This document shows, in pieces, positions 1 through 10,194 of a DNA stretch of 64,000 nt. The notes under the pieces are model-generated. The model was not told where the DNA came from and ran no database searches. It saw only the letters and a list, made by a program, of their open reading frames with translations. Every line of letters begins with the position of its first letter. Positions within the stretch are counted from its first letter, which is position 1. A program made the translations under genes and the position numbers. Source of the DNA: a virus (lineage: Duplodnaviria > Caudoviricetes); IMG/VR virus record IMGVR_UViG_3300009709_000299, positions 6,716-70,715 of that record; one strand, 5' to 3'.

Positions 1-93
1 ATTTAGGTCTTCAATAAGTATTTTTTGAGGTAAAAAATTAAAATTTTTAAAATCAGAATCTAACAATTTATCTTGATTTTTTTGACTTCCCAT
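1..93 (-). CDS. N-terminal fragment of a probable neck/tail-completion protein (runs off the window edge)
   Basis: Read by hand: ATG at 93, MGSQKNQDKLLDSDFKNFNFLPQKILIEDLN, open to position 1. Preceded by the late motif ATATTTAT (104-111) and follows two neck genes. Function inferred from gene order only. Confidence 0.45.
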   Translation of the reverse strand, partial: MGSQKNQDKLLDSDFKNFNFLPQKILIEDLN

Positions 94-165
94 CTTTTTA
101 TAGATAAATATAAAAATATTACTTTATTTTCAAATTATTTTTCTTATTTTTGTTTTGGCTTTAAC

Positions 166-384
166 TTTGCTCTGCCTTTCTTCTATGGGGGTTGTAAACG
201 GCAACAAAGTGTTTGCACTAAGGGGAGAAAATTCTTCTATTGGTTTAACAAAAAAAGCAACCCTAGCTGTAATTTATTACAGCAACTTCAAATGAAGATT
301 AATCATTTGGGGGGAGGGGGGGTTGTTTCTTTTTGTTTCCCTAAAAATAGAAAAAATAATATTTAGCATACTGCTAAATATTAT
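166..384. other. Hairpin-rich, relatively GC-rich non-coding segment (candidate structured RNA or cis element)
   Basis: GCTGTAAT/ATTACAGC 266-283; CAAATGA/TCATTTG 289-309; ATAATATTTAGCA/TGCTAAATATTAT 356-384; GGGTTG (189-194 and 320-325) complementary to CAACCC (258-263); G6AG7 run 309-322. Confidence 0.35.
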
Positions 385-399
385 ATAAAAAAATTTTTT

Positions 400-990
400 T
401 TAAACTCCATTGAATACATCTCTATCAATTTCAAATGCTTTTATTGTCAAAAATGCTCTTCTATCACCAGCATAAGAAAATTGATTAGATATTTGTGAAT
501 ATCCATCATCCCAAACTTCATAAAATTGACCTTTATGAGATAAAAAGTCTCCTTGTTTTATATATATATTTAAATCATTACCATCTCTCTCTAAGAGACC
601 TAGTTCTTCTAAATGACTTAAATACATAGAAGCTTTAAATTCTCCCATGCCTTTTTTAGTAACTCCTTTAGGAGTTCTATATGTAGGACTTTCTACTTCT
701 ACATTTATTCTTCCAAATACTTCAATAGGTTGAAGTGTCTCTTTTACTATTGCTTCTCCATATAGTGCATGAGTTCTAGTTTTTTTAAGATCTACTCTAT
801 AAAGTATAAAGCTTTCTTGAAGAATATTATTGGTTAATTCTTTACCGACTTGATCAAAGAATCTAGCTTCTGCTTCACCAAAAAAAAGTTTTATCCCTTT
901 TTTGTCAGCTAAATTATCTTCTGCTTCTTTTGGTCTCTTTATACCTTTTAAATCATCAAAAGATGAATTATTGTTGTTTATATTACTCAT
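400..990 (-). CDS. Head closure/neck protein (T4 gp14-like)
   Basis: 196 aa; motifs LYRVDLKKTRTHALYGEA and GDFLSHKGQFYEV resemble head-closure proteins; directly downstream of the gp13-like gene. Confidence 0.6.
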   Translation of the reverse strand: MSNINNNNSSFDDLKGIKRPKEAEDNLADKKGIKLFFGEAEARFFDQVGKELTNNILQESFILYRVDLKKTRTHALYGEAIVKETLQPIEVFGRINVEVESPTYRTPKGVTKKGMGEFKASMYLSHLEELGLLERDGNDLNIYIKQGDFLSHKGQFYEVWDDGYSQISNQFSYAGDRRAFLTIKAFEIDRDVFNGV

Positions 991-1005
991 ATTATTTATA
1001 TTTTA

Positions 1006-2163
1006 TTATCCAAAATAAATTCCTAGCGGAATTGTTTGTAATGTTTTATTTACACTTTCTTGCATAGAAGCTCTATCTTCAAGTAATTTTTGTAAATTTA
1101 AAGCATCTAAGGTTGTTTTTAATTGTTCTAAATAAAGTTCTTTATCAGCTCTTCCATTAGTTATTAAATCTGCACTATTCATTGTTACTTCTGCATCTGG
1201 AATTGGTAATACACCAGAGAACTTTCCTCTAATTCCAAGTCCTAATAATTCTTTAGCTAAAGCTTGTGCATATTTTTTTACCCATGTTTTAGCAACATCA
1301 TTTAATAATGAATAATTTAAATTATATAATGGTGCATCAGCTGGACCTGATACTAATCCATTTCCTTGTGTTTGACCTGTTATTCCAATAGAATTTAATC
1401 CTAATTCAGGATTCCCAGCTACATAATTATCAGGTCTTAAAAAAAATCTGTAAAATACAGTTCCTGGTGTTCCATAATAATTTGCTATTCCATTAAAATT
1501 AGTTGTATTTCCAGAGGCATTTGGAATAGGATATAATCTTATTGTTCTATATCCAGGAGGTCCTTTAAAAACTGCATAAGAATATTCATATCCTCTAACT
1601 TTATTTCTTTGTTTTGCTGCAGATGATGTTAATACAGTATCAAATACAGGTAATACACTATATAAGTTATATCCTGCAAATGAAGCACCAAATTCAGTAT
1701 AAGCGAAATTAGCACCATCAAAACCATACATATTTACAAAGTTTGGAGTATACCATAAAACATCTTGTATTTCATGAGTATCTGGAATATTATAATTTTG
1801 AGTTCCACTACTTAAAGTAATACCTGTAGTAAATAATTCTCTTGTTGTACTTACACCACCACCAATCATTTCAGAAGCAGTATTGGTCATACTCTTTTCA
1901 AAATATAAACTATTTGTAATATATTTTAATGTAAAATCATTAGTGGTTGGTAAACCTAACATTTCTGCTAATTTGTTTTCCATAGCCCAATTATTGATAA
2001 ACGAAGAATATTCTTCAATAGCTTCACATATACATTCTTCTATTTGTTCATCAACTAATTCAACTCCCATTATAGGAGCGCCTAACTTTCTTCTAATTCT
2101 ATTAAAAATTTGTGTTTTTTCATAAATGGTAACACCTGTGAGACATCCTGCTTCGCAACTCAT
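1006..2163 (-). CDS. Neck/head-tail adaptor protein (T4 gp13-like)
   Basis: 385 aa; IRRKLGAPIMGVELVDEQIEECI at the N-terminus and WVKKYAQALAKELLG...RGKFSG at the C-terminus resemble gp13-type neck proteins; position downstream of the capsid gene. Confidence 0.7.
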   Translation of the reverse strand: MSCEAGCLTGVTIYEKTQIFNRIRRKLGAPIMGVELVDEQIEECICEAIEEYSSFINNWAMENKLAEMLGLPTTNDFTLKYITNSLYFEKSMTNTASEMIGGGVSTTRELFTTGITLSSGTQNYNIPDTHEIQDVLWYTPNFVNMYGFDGANFAYTEFGASFAGYNLYSVLPVFDTVLTSSAAKQRNKVRGYEYSYAVFKGPPGYRTIRLYPIPNASGNTTNFNGIANYYGTPGTVFYRFFLRPDNYVAGNPELGLNSIGITGQTQGNGLVSGPADAPLYNLNYSLLNDVAKTWVKKYAQALAKELLGLGIRGKFSGVLPIPDAEVTMNSADLITNGRADKELYLEQLKTTLDALNLQKLLEDRASMQESVNKTLQTIPLGIYFG

Positions 2164-2167
2164 ATGA

Positions 2168-2425
2168 TTATTGTATATAGGTTAAATAAGAAATTGTGGG
2201 AGCTTTTCTGAATCCAATAAATGTTCCACTATTAACAGTTGTTTGAGAAATAACACAATCAACTTTTTGACCTGCTACCATTGTTAGTGTTGCTGAACCG
2301 CCTGCAATCGCACATATTTTAATTGATCCATCAGCTACACAATATACTTCATGTATTTGTGTACTACCAGTGAAATTTTGCGTTGAAGTCAACGTAACAA
2401 TTTCCATATTTGCATTAATATTCAT
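2168..2425 (-). CDS. Small beta-rich virion protein, possible head decoration protein
   Basis: 85 aa, Thr/Gly/Val-rich; own late motif at 2442-2450; lies between capsid and neck genes. Function is inference. Confidence 0.4.
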   Translation of the reverse strand: MNINANMEIVTLTSTQNFTGSTQIHEVYCVADGSIKICAIAGGSATLTMVAGQKVDCVISQTTVNSGTFIGFRKAPTISYLTYIQ

Positions 2426-2463
2426 AATAGAAGAATTTTATTATAAATATTAAATAAAAAAGG

Positions 2464-4137
2464 TTATTTAATTAATAATTCGTATCTTATTTTACCACAA
2501 TCCCATATACGATCATATCCAGCTTCTTTCATTATTTCCCATTCTGTTTTTTCATTTGAATATATATCTGGAAATTTTATTTTTAAAGATTTTTTGCCAA
2601 ATTGAAATTTATGTAATCGTTTATGTCGAAAAATTTTTGGATTATAATATTTATAATCAGGAGCAAGTATTTTTGAAATTTTAAATCCTATATTAGTATA
2701 TAAGTTTTTTTCTTTATTAATTGTCCATCTTATATCAGCAAAGGATATTATTTTTGAAGGATGGTGTTCATTTGTAAAATGTTTTATAATTTTTCCTGCT
2801 ATACCAACGACTTGGTAATTAATATCAGTAGCAAATCTTTTTAGTTCAAATATTCCTTCTTTTTTACCTGAATTCATACTTCTTTTATCATCAAATGTCA
2901 TAACTGCTATTAATTTATTTTCATAAAAGGCTCCATAAAAAAATGAAGAATTATCATTTCCCTGAATATGAAAATTTTCTAAAAAAGATTCTTTTTGTTG
3001 AAATGATATCGATTTTATTTCACATTTTCTAGCATATATTTTCTTTAGATTATGATTTAAACCAAAAATATGTTTTAATTTACTTTTTACTATTTCTTGT
3101 TTTATTTCCCATTCATCTTCAAATATATGTATTAGACCATAACCTTTTTCATTCATTAATTTAGTTTTATTTAAATGAAACATTCCACCTCTACCAAATG
3201 TTTCTGTATGGTATCTATTACCATTATATTCAATTCCTATTTTTTTATCATGACAAATAATATCTATTTCTGTACCATTTAGTAATTTTTTATCACTTGA
3301 TATTATTTTTATATTAAAATTTTCTAAAAAATTTTTTATATTTATTTCAGCTTTGGAAACAAAAGTATGATTCATAACTTTATTTAAGTCTGACATTTTT
3401 TCAGACATAAATTTTCTAGTATCTTCTGTAATAGTTTTACCATAATTATATTTATAATCTTCTAAAGAAATATTATGTTTTTTTAGATGTGTTCCAGAAA
3501 TTTTTAAAAATTTTTCTCCACAAATTTTACATATAACAGAATTATGAGTAGCTGCATTATTTATATATTCTTGTTTTTTTATTTTATCAATTTCTGTTTT
3601 AAATAAAAAACTTTTTTCGGGATATTGTTTAATATATTTTTTAATATCAATATTATGTTCTTTTTTTAAATGTGTAGTAAACCATCCACTTTTATTATCT
3701 AAATCTATAGTAGTCCAATCACAAAAATCACATTTAAATTTTTCTCTTGTATCTATTTTTAATTCACCTATATCAAAAAAATCAGCATACCATTTTTTTC
3801 CATGAATTGACTCATATTTTCTTCTTTTAAATGCAGTTTCTATTTTAAAATCAGGATATTCTTTTTTTATATGATTTGTAATAATACCAGATTTATTATG
3901 AATATCTTCAAAAATTAAATTTGTTTTTTTACATATAAGTGTATAATCATCATTAATTTGTTTTTTTATACTAATTGTATTATCATTAAAAACATAATTT
4001 CCACTTTGATATAATATTCTTTCTATAACAGAAGTAGAACTATTTATTTCTTTAGCAATTACTCTATTACTTTTACCATTTTGATGCAATACAATTATTG
4101 TATTTATTTCTTCTTGTGTTAATTCTTTTTTTTTCAT
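2464..4137 (-). mobile_element. Free-standing homing endonuclease (HTH + Zn-finger-like repeats + Vsr/DUF559-like PD-(D/E)xK nuclease + Hef-like C-terminal domain)
   Basis: 557 aa; N-terminal HTH; CxxC..H motifs (CDFC...HLKKEH, CKIC...HLKKH); EIDI...GIEYNGNRYH...LIHIFEDEW nuclease core; YARKCEIK...FLENFHIQG C-terminal domain; inserted just after the capsid terminator. Confidence 0.7.
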
Positions 4138-4179
4138 AATTCAAATATACCATTTTATGGAATAAAATCAAAAAAATAA

Positions 4180-4221
4180 TAAAATAAAAAAGAGAATCAA
4201 AAGATTCTCTTTTTTATTTTA
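4180..4221 (-). terminator. Intrinsic terminator after the major capsid gene
   Basis: Perfect 19-bp arms TAAAATAAAAAAGAGAATC / GATTCTCTTTTTTATTTTA with a 4-nt loop, 15 nt past the capsid stop. Confidence 0.8.
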
Positions 4222-4236
4222 TTTAAAAGAAGATTA

Positions 4237-5904
4237 TTAGTATCTTCTTATGTTTTGGATAATAACAGTTGCATAGAACTTGTTATTTACCATTTTTTTA
4301 GCAAAACGTGTGATGATTCCCTTACGAGGAGTAAAGTCGTTCGGATCATAGATTGTTGCAGTTAATTGAAGTGGGATATATGGAGCATACACATAACCAG
4401 CTTCTAGGAAAGTATTTCCTTTATGACCTAGCAATACAATTTCAGCAGGTAGATAAGGATCTTTATAAACTACATATCTTGAACCTAATTGACCAATTTT
4501 TTCAACACCTAAGTTATATTTTTCTTGCTCAGGAGCAGCAGAACCATCTACATGGAAGTAATCAAGGTCATCAAAAATTGCACCAGCTTCTGCTGAACAA
4601 ACAATCCAGTTAGCACCACCACGTAGAGTTGCTTTGTGAATTTGAGCAGAAAGTTGGTTAATCATAGTGATTAATGTTTGATTCCAGTCTTTCTGAGTTC
4701 CAAAGAAGTTTGCACTGTTAGCAAGACCATTATAATCCCAGTGACCTCTAAATGGAGCGCCATTAATTAAGTCAATGATGATTTCTCTATCAATTTCAGC
4801 TGCGATATGCTCAGAAAGAAGAGCAGTTAATTCAGCTTCTGCATCAATTGAGTGATATGCTTCTAAATCTTGTGCAAGTTCAGGAGTCCAGTGAGCACGT
4901 AATTTTCTTGTCTCAGTAACAACAGTTACTGATGAGAATCTAATTGTAAGCTCAGCCATTCTAGAATTAGCTTCAAGACTAGCAAAAATTTCATATACTG
5001 GTCCAACTGTTAAACTAGTAATAGCACCACCAGTTCCACCACTGTTTAATTTTGTAGAATCAAAAGAAGTACCCCAGTTTCCACCAAGTGGTCTAACATC
5101 TAACACAACATCCATGCTTTGACCATTATATAAATCTTGTCCCCAGTTTTGAGTTTGGTTATAGAATTGTAAAGAGTCACCTGCATTAGCAACTAAAATA
5201 TTATTTCCAGCACCAGCTGAATAATAAATATCAGTAGAAGCAGTAAATCTTAATGAAGCAGAAGATTGTTGAGTTGAAATATCAAAACCAGCACCTAATG
5301 CAAATGTAGCAGGATAGATACCACTAGTTCCAAAACTAGATGTTGCTATTGTTTGTGCAATTCCAACAGTTGTAAGACCTGTTCCAAAAGAAAGATCAAA
5401 GCCATTGTTGTTATAGAATCTTTCATATGCAGAAGTTGTTGCAAAATTTGGACCAGGTTGTCCATTGGCTGTATTAAGAGGAGGAACTTTACCAGCATTA
5501 CCTCTTGAAACTTCTTGTGCTCTTGTTAAATTATTTTTGAAAGAGTTATCAGGTTGTGTACCATCACCAAAAGATACTCTTGCATCAAGATAAAATAATA
5601 GACCAGAAGGAAGAGCTAAAGGTTGTACAGATACTAATTCGTTAGCTAATAATCTAGAGAATACTCTTCTTACAATAGGAAAGGCAACAGTATCAAATCT
5701 ACCTGCAGAAGCATCTAGAGTAACCTCATTAAGCATACTTGCTGCTTGGTTTTCAAGAAGTTGAGCAATATTAGATTTTTTTATACCTTTCAAATTTTCA
5801 AGTAACCCTGATCTTTCCCAGTTAGCTACGATTGATTTTCTTTGTTCAGCGAGTGCTTTAATGTTGGTTAAACCATATTGACCGCTATTTAGTATAGAAC
5901 TCAT
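4237..5904 (-). CDS. Major capsid protein (T4 gp23 family)
   Basis: 555 aa; PIVRRVFSRLLANELVSVQP, TETRKLRAHWTPELAQDLEAYHSIDAEAELT, AEIDREII and YAPYIPLQ are hallmark gp23 motifs. Confidence 0.95.
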   Translation of the reverse strand: MSSILNSGQYGLTNIKALAEQRKSIVANWERSGLLENLKGIKKSNIAQLLENQAASMLNEVTLDASAGRFDTVAFPIVRRVFSRLLANELVSVQPLALPSGLLFYLDARVSFGDGTQPDNSFKNNLTRAQEVSRGNAGKVPPLNTANGQPGPNFATTSAYERFYNNNGFDLSFGTGLTTVGIAQTIATSSFGTSGIYPATFALGAGFDISTQQSSASLRFTASTDIYYSAGAGNNILVANAGDSLQFYNQTQNWGQDLYNGQSMDVVLDVRPLGGNWGTSFDSTKLNSGGTGGAITSLTVGPVYEIFASLEANSRMAELTIRFSSVTVVTETRKLRAHWTPELAQDLEAYHSIDAEAELTALLSEHIAAEIDREIIIDLINGAPFRGHWDYNGLANSANFFGTQKDWNQTLITMINQLSAQIHKATLRGGANWIVCSAEAGAIFDDLDYFHVDGSAAPEQEKYNLGVEKIGQLGSRYVVYKDPYLPAEIVLLGHKGNTFLEAGYVYAPYIPLQLTATIYDPNDFTPRKGIITRFAKKMVNNKFYATVIIQNIRRY

Positions 5905-5940
5905 TTTTGTTTGTTTTTTGTTTTTTAGTTAATGTTTAAT

Positions 5941-5948
5941 TTAAATAG
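5941..5948 (-). promoter_or_regulatory. Late-promoter motif variant (CTATTTAA) upstream of the major capsid gene
   Basis: One-mismatch variant of the (A/C)TATTTAT motif found before about 19 starts; 36 nt upstream of the ATG. Confidence 0.45.
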
Positions 5949-5979
5949 TTTGTTTTTTTAGAAATTCAAGATTTTTTTA

Positions 5980-7554
5980 TTAATCTTCGGCTTTTCTAAT
6001 ACCAGAAAGAATTTGTCTTCTTCTTTTTTCTTCTTCTTCTTTTAAAAGCTTAGTTTCATTACCTTCATATAAAGGTTTTGAAGAATTTGCTACATTTATT
6101 GTATTTGACTTTATCTTGTTATTTGTTGATTCTTTAATTAGTATGTTATTATCTTTTACAATTTTTTGATAAATTTTCTGGGCTTCTTTTACAGAAGAAG
6201 CTTTATCTAAAGATTCATTTATAGCTAATTTTTCTGTACTAGATAAACCACCATTCAAAAATAATTTGTTAGCAAGAGCTAGTTTTGCATTAAATGTTTG
6301 CATTTCATTAATTGATAATCTAAGCTCTACAAAAGAATTTTCAAATTCCTTTATATCCCTTCTTAAACTATTGTTTTCCTCTTTAAGCTCATCCAATTTG
6401 GATTCATATTGAGCTTTTATATTTTCTTCTATATTAATTCTACTTGTTTCACCTTGACCAATTGGAAATCTAGAGCTTTTTCCTTTTGAAGAAACTGAAA
6501 ATGATACCCCTTTCATTTCATCTATTTCATTTTCATCAGAAGATTCTTCATCAGAATCAATAATTTCTACATCTTCATCATTAGAATTATCATTATCTAT
6601 ATCTCCAAAAAAACTATCATTTGATGAATTTCTTATGGATAGATTATCAATATCATCTTGATCAACAACAGCTAATTCATCATAATCAAAATCTGATTCT
6701 TGCAAATCATCTACAATTACAGATGTATCATCATCTTCATTAGAATTATCACAATTACATTCTACAGTTTGACCATCAGATATTTCAAATTCTATTTCAT
6801 CATTATCATCATCACTATCATCAGAATCTAAATCTATTGTTAGATCATCTAAATCTGTATCATCATTATCATTTTGTGAATCGATAACTTCTTCCATTAT
6901 ATCTTCATTATTATAATCCATATATTCTTCTTGTATTGGTTGTTGATTTTGTTGAGGCACTGCATTTTGTTGAGCAGGTACTTGTTGATTATTATTTTGG
7001 GTAGGTGCAGGAGTAGAATCTACATTGTCATCATCTACAATTGTTACTTCTCCTTCTGCTGTTCCACTATTAGTAGTACCACCTTCTAACTTTCTTTCAA
7101 TGTCATTTAATTTATTCATTACTAATACAAATGGATTTTCGATATTAGCTTCAGCAGCTTGTTCTTCTTCATTTATATTAGTTATTTCAAATAAAATATC
7201 TTCTTCATTTATTTCATTATTAGAAGATTCTATATCATTAGATGATGTTGGATTTTCTGTAAAATTTTCTTGTCCTGTTGAAGAGGTTGTATCTGTATTA
7301 GTAATATTATTATTTGTTTCAATTGTTATTTTATTACCATCTTTATCAACATTTATAGAATCATCATCTACAATAACAGTAGCATCACCAGACTCTATAT
7401 TAATTATAGCTTCTTCAAGTGTTTTTTGAACTATTTCATCAAGTTGGGGCTGTATTTTTTTTTGCATTTGCTTTAAAGCTTCATTTTGAGCAAATTTTTT
7501 TATTTCTTCAAAATCAGCTTGTGCTTCTTTAATTACAGACTTTTTATTTGACAT
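5980..7554 (-). CDS. Prohead core/scaffolding protein (gp22-like role)
   Basis: 524 aa, very acidic (D/E/N-rich) centre and coiled-coil C-terminus (LDELKEENNSL...FNAKLALANKLF); between protease and capsid genes. Confidence 0.75.
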   Translation of the reverse strand: MSNKKSVIKEAQADFEEIKKFAQNEALKQMQKKIQPQLDEIVQKTLEEAIINIESGDATVIVDDDSINVDKDGNKITIETNNNITNTDTTSSTGQENFTENPTSSNDIESSNNEINEEDILFEITNINEEEQAAEANIENPFVLVMNKLNDIERKLEGGTTNSGTAEGEVTIVDDDNVDSTPAPTQNNNQQVPAQQNAVPQQNQQPIQEEYMDYNNEDIMEEVIDSQNDNDDTDLDDLTIDLDSDDSDDDNDEIEFEISDGQTVECNCDNSNEDDDTSVIVDDLQESDFDYDELAVVDQDDIDNLSIRNSSNDSFFGDIDNDNSNDEDVEIIDSDEESSDENEIDEMKGVSFSVSSKGKSSRFPIGQGETSRINIEENIKAQYESKLDELKEENNSLRRDIKEFENSFVELRLSINEMQTFNAKLALANKLFLNGGLSSTEKLAINESLDKASSVKEAQKIYQKIVKDNNILIKESTNNKIKSNTINVANSSKPLYEGNETKLLKEEEEKRRRQILSGIRKAED

Positions 7555-7595
7555 ATTTTTTAATTTTTAATAAATATGATAAAAAAAACAATTTT

Positions 7596-8264
7596 CTAAT
7601 TATTTTGTACTTTTTTCCAAAATGGATCATTTATACATTTTAAAACTTCTTTATATTTTGATATACTTCCTTCTGATCTTACTTTTTCTATATCATATGT
7701 ATTTAATAAAGGAATCATTCCAGGTCTTTCAAAACCTTCTTTGAACATATATGCACCAGGTGTAGATGGAGATGATACAAAGTCAAAACCAATAAGTTCA
7801 AAATCATCTTGAACTATATCACTTCCATTTATATTTTTAACTGAACCAACTCCTCTAGAGGATATTCCAAGAACTCCTCCTTTTTTAAGGATACCTTTTA
7901 AAATAGCACCAGCTGGATTTTCATCAAAGATGATACATTTACCATATAAAACATTTCCTTCCCACCACATATCTATGACCATGTGTGAAGTTCCTAGCAA
8001 ACTAACAATAGGACTATCTGGGTGATCAGTTTCTCCATAAGCCATACTTCCATTTACTAAATCCATATATTTTTCTGCTTCTCTTTTTAATATATTATAT
8101 GGATATATTCTACCATTTCTATTTATTGTATCTGCTTTTTGTAGAATACCAACTAGTATTAGATCTGTTCCATTTTTTTCAGATTCAAGAATTAAATCCT
8201 TGCTGGCTTTAAATGTAAAAAATTCAGAAATTAAATATTTTTGATTCTGATTTGATGTATTCAT
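7596..8264 (-). CDS. Prohead maturation protease (T4 gp21, peptidase U9)
   Basis: NRNGRIYP, YGETDHP (catalytic His), GISSRGVGS (catalytic Ser), FDFVSSPS motifs. Confidence 0.93.
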   Translation of the reverse strand: MNTSNQNQKYLISEFFTFKASKDLILESEKNGTDLILVGILQKADTINRNGRIYPYNILKREAEKYMDLVNGSMAYGETDHPDSPIVSLLGTSHMVIDMWWEGNVLYGKCIIFDENPAGAILKGILKKGGVLGISSRGVGSVKNINGSDIVQDDFELIGFDFVSSPSTPGAYMFKEGFERPGMIPLLNTYDIEKVRSEGSISKYKEVLKCINDPFWKKVQNN

Positions 8265-8385
8265 TTTTTTGACTACTTATACTTTTAGGTATAAATAGTT
8301 TAAAAAACGATAAAAAAAATATAATTTAATTTTACTTTTTTTTGTTTTGTTTATATTTTATCTTATAATTTTTTTATATTTTTCG

Positions 8386-8393
8386 TATATTTG
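8386..8393 (+). promoter_or_regulatory. Bacteroidota-type -7 element (TATATTTG)
   Basis: Matches TAnnTTTG just upstream of a non-structural gene; no clear -33 TTTG at canonical spacing. Confidence 0.4.
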
Positions 8394-8404
8394 AATATTA
8401 TATA

Positions 8405-8899
8405 TTGAATATGCTTAGAAGTGCTAGACAAATAAAGTTGGATAAAAAAATATTAAACAATCATAATGTAAGTGTTAAAATTGGTACTATAGAAAATAGA
8501 AATAATCCAGAAACAATTTATATTGAAACTTCATTTTGGATACAACCAAAAAACTCAGAAGAAGATACTCAACAATTAAATAAAAAACTTTTAAAAAAAT
8601 TAAAAGATATCTATCTTTTAGATTTATCATCATTATTGGATGATAATTATTTTTTTCCAAAATCAAAAGAAAACTTGTATATAGTTAATACACCAGAAAA
8701 TGTAAATTATAATAATAAAAAAAATTTCATCTCAATTGAATTATATCTTCACACTATTAATTTATTTGATAAATCAAATAATTTTCCATTGAGTAAAAAA
8801 TCTCCTTTATTTGATGAATCTTTAAAAATTGCTAATAAAATTGTTACTTCTGATATATTATCTGGTAATTCTGATTTTTTAATATTTAATCGTAAATAA
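8405..8899 (+). CDS. Hypothetical protein (start may be ATG 8411)
   Basis: 164-aa ORF with coding-like composition, divergent from the head operon. Confidence 0.7.
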   Translation: MNMLRSARQIKLDKKILNNHNVSVKIGTIENRNNPETIYIETSFWIQPKNSEEDTQQLNKKLLKKLKDIYLLDLSSLLDDNYFFPKSKENLYIVNTPENVNYNNKKNFISIELYLHTINLFDKSNNFPLSKKSPLFDESLKIANKIVTSDILSGNSDFLIFNRK

Positions 8900-8904
8900 A
8901 AAAA

Positions 8905-9342
8905 ATGAGTTTATATAACTTATCTGTTAATTTAGATATAAAAAACTATAATCATAAATACTTGGCTGTATTAGATAATAATTGTTCTTTATGTTTTTTT
9001 GATAAAATAAAAATAGATATAAATAATATTTTTGAAGAATTTTGTTCTATTTCATTAAAAAATTATGAAGAAGTTATATATGAATTTCTTTTTTATTGTA
9101 AAAATTATTTACATGAATTAATTATTTTAAATAAAATATCAATGTTTGATGTAAAATTATATATTGATTATTTTAATATAGGTTCATTTAAAATTTTTCT
9201 TAAAATACTTCCTAAAAGATTTCGTGAATTTGAAGAAATTGAATTTGATTATCAATTTACTATAAAAAGTGATGAATCTTTATCTTATCGTTTAAATAAG
9301 ATAATAAAAAACTCTAATGAACAATTAAATAAACTACTTTAA
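8905..9342 (+). CDS. Hypothetical protein
   Basis: 145-aa ORF 5 nt after the previous stop; its stop overlaps the stop of the convergent gene (TTAA 9339-9342). Confidence 0.55.
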   Translation: MSLYNLSVNLDIKNYNHKYLAVLDNNCSLCFFDKIKIDINNIFEEFCSISLKNYEEVIYEFLFYCKNYLHELIILNKISMFDVKLYIDYFNIGSFKIFLKILPKRFREFEEIEFDYQFTIKSDESLSYRLNKIIKNSNEQLNKLL

Positions 9343-10151
9343 ATTTTTTGATTTAGGTTTTCATTAAGCTCATAATATGAAATGATAGCATCATCTAAAT
9401 TATCTCCTTTTTTTGGATTAAAAGTATTGAGCCTTTGTTCAAATGTTTCAAAGATGATTTTATCTTCTTGTGTTAAATCAAAATTTTTTATTTTTTTTAT
9501 TTTATCTAAATTTTCATTTTTTAAATCAGTAAAATAATTAAATTTTGTATTATAATCAGATGTTAATATTTTAACTAATTTAAAATCTGATTCATTTAAA
9601 TGAGAATATCTTTCTTTAAAAGAAGAAATGGCTCTTTTTGTAATAAACTCCCAAGATATAGATGGTTCATCTGATTCTTCAATAATTTTTGTATTATTAT
9701 TTTTTTCTTTTAGTAAATAATTAACTACATATTCATAAGATTCTTGATCTTTAGCTATATTATAATTACCAGAACCTTTACATCTTGATTCAATTAAATT
9801 GTGTATATGATTATAATACATTTCTTTTTCTTTTGAGGCAGAACCAACATGTGTATTATCTAAAAATAAAATTCTTACTTCTCTATTTTCTTTAATAATA
9901 TCTTCCCATTTTACTCCATTCATAATTTCTAAAGTTTGATTTATGAATCTTTCAGCTAATCTTTCTTTTTTAAATTGTTTATTAGTATCAAATATATTAA
10001 AAATTAAAGCTTGCTTTTTTAATGTTGTATTTTCATTTAACTTTTTAATAAAATCATTCAAACCAAGTCTTTCTCCATTTAAAAACTCTCTTGTTTTTAA
10101 TCTTAAAATAGATTCTTTGATGACACCAAAATTTAAAGAAATATTATCCAT
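9339..10151 (-). CDS. Hypothetical late protein
   Basis: 270-aa ORF with late motif ATATTTATA at 10171-10179. Confidence 0.7.
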   Translation of the reverse strand: MDNISLNFGVIKESILRLKTREFLNGERLGLNDFIKKLNENTTLKKQALIFNIFDTNKQFKKERLAERFINQTLEIMNGVKWEDIIKENREVRILFLDNTHVGSASKEKEMYYNHIHNLIESRCKGSGNYNIAKDQESYEYVVNYLLKEKNNNTKIIEESDEPSISWEFITKRAISSFKERYSHLNESDFKLVKILTSDYNTKFNYFTDLKNENLDKIKKIKNFDLTQEDKIIFETFEQRLNTFNPKKGDNLDDAIISYYELNENLNQKI

Positions 10152-10194
10152 GTATTATTGATTTTTTTATTATAAATATAAAAAAAAACCTATT

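Noticed and set aside
73-366. 97-aa plus-strand ORF from the track
   Set aside because: Runs against the operon, overlaps the start of the minus-strand gene at 93, and crosses hairpins and a G run; no protein-like features.
4237-5904. Higher GC and different codon use in the capsid gene as a sign of horizontal transfer
   Set aside because: Better explained by Gly/Ala content and codon bias of a highly expressed gene; synteny with scaffold and protease is native.
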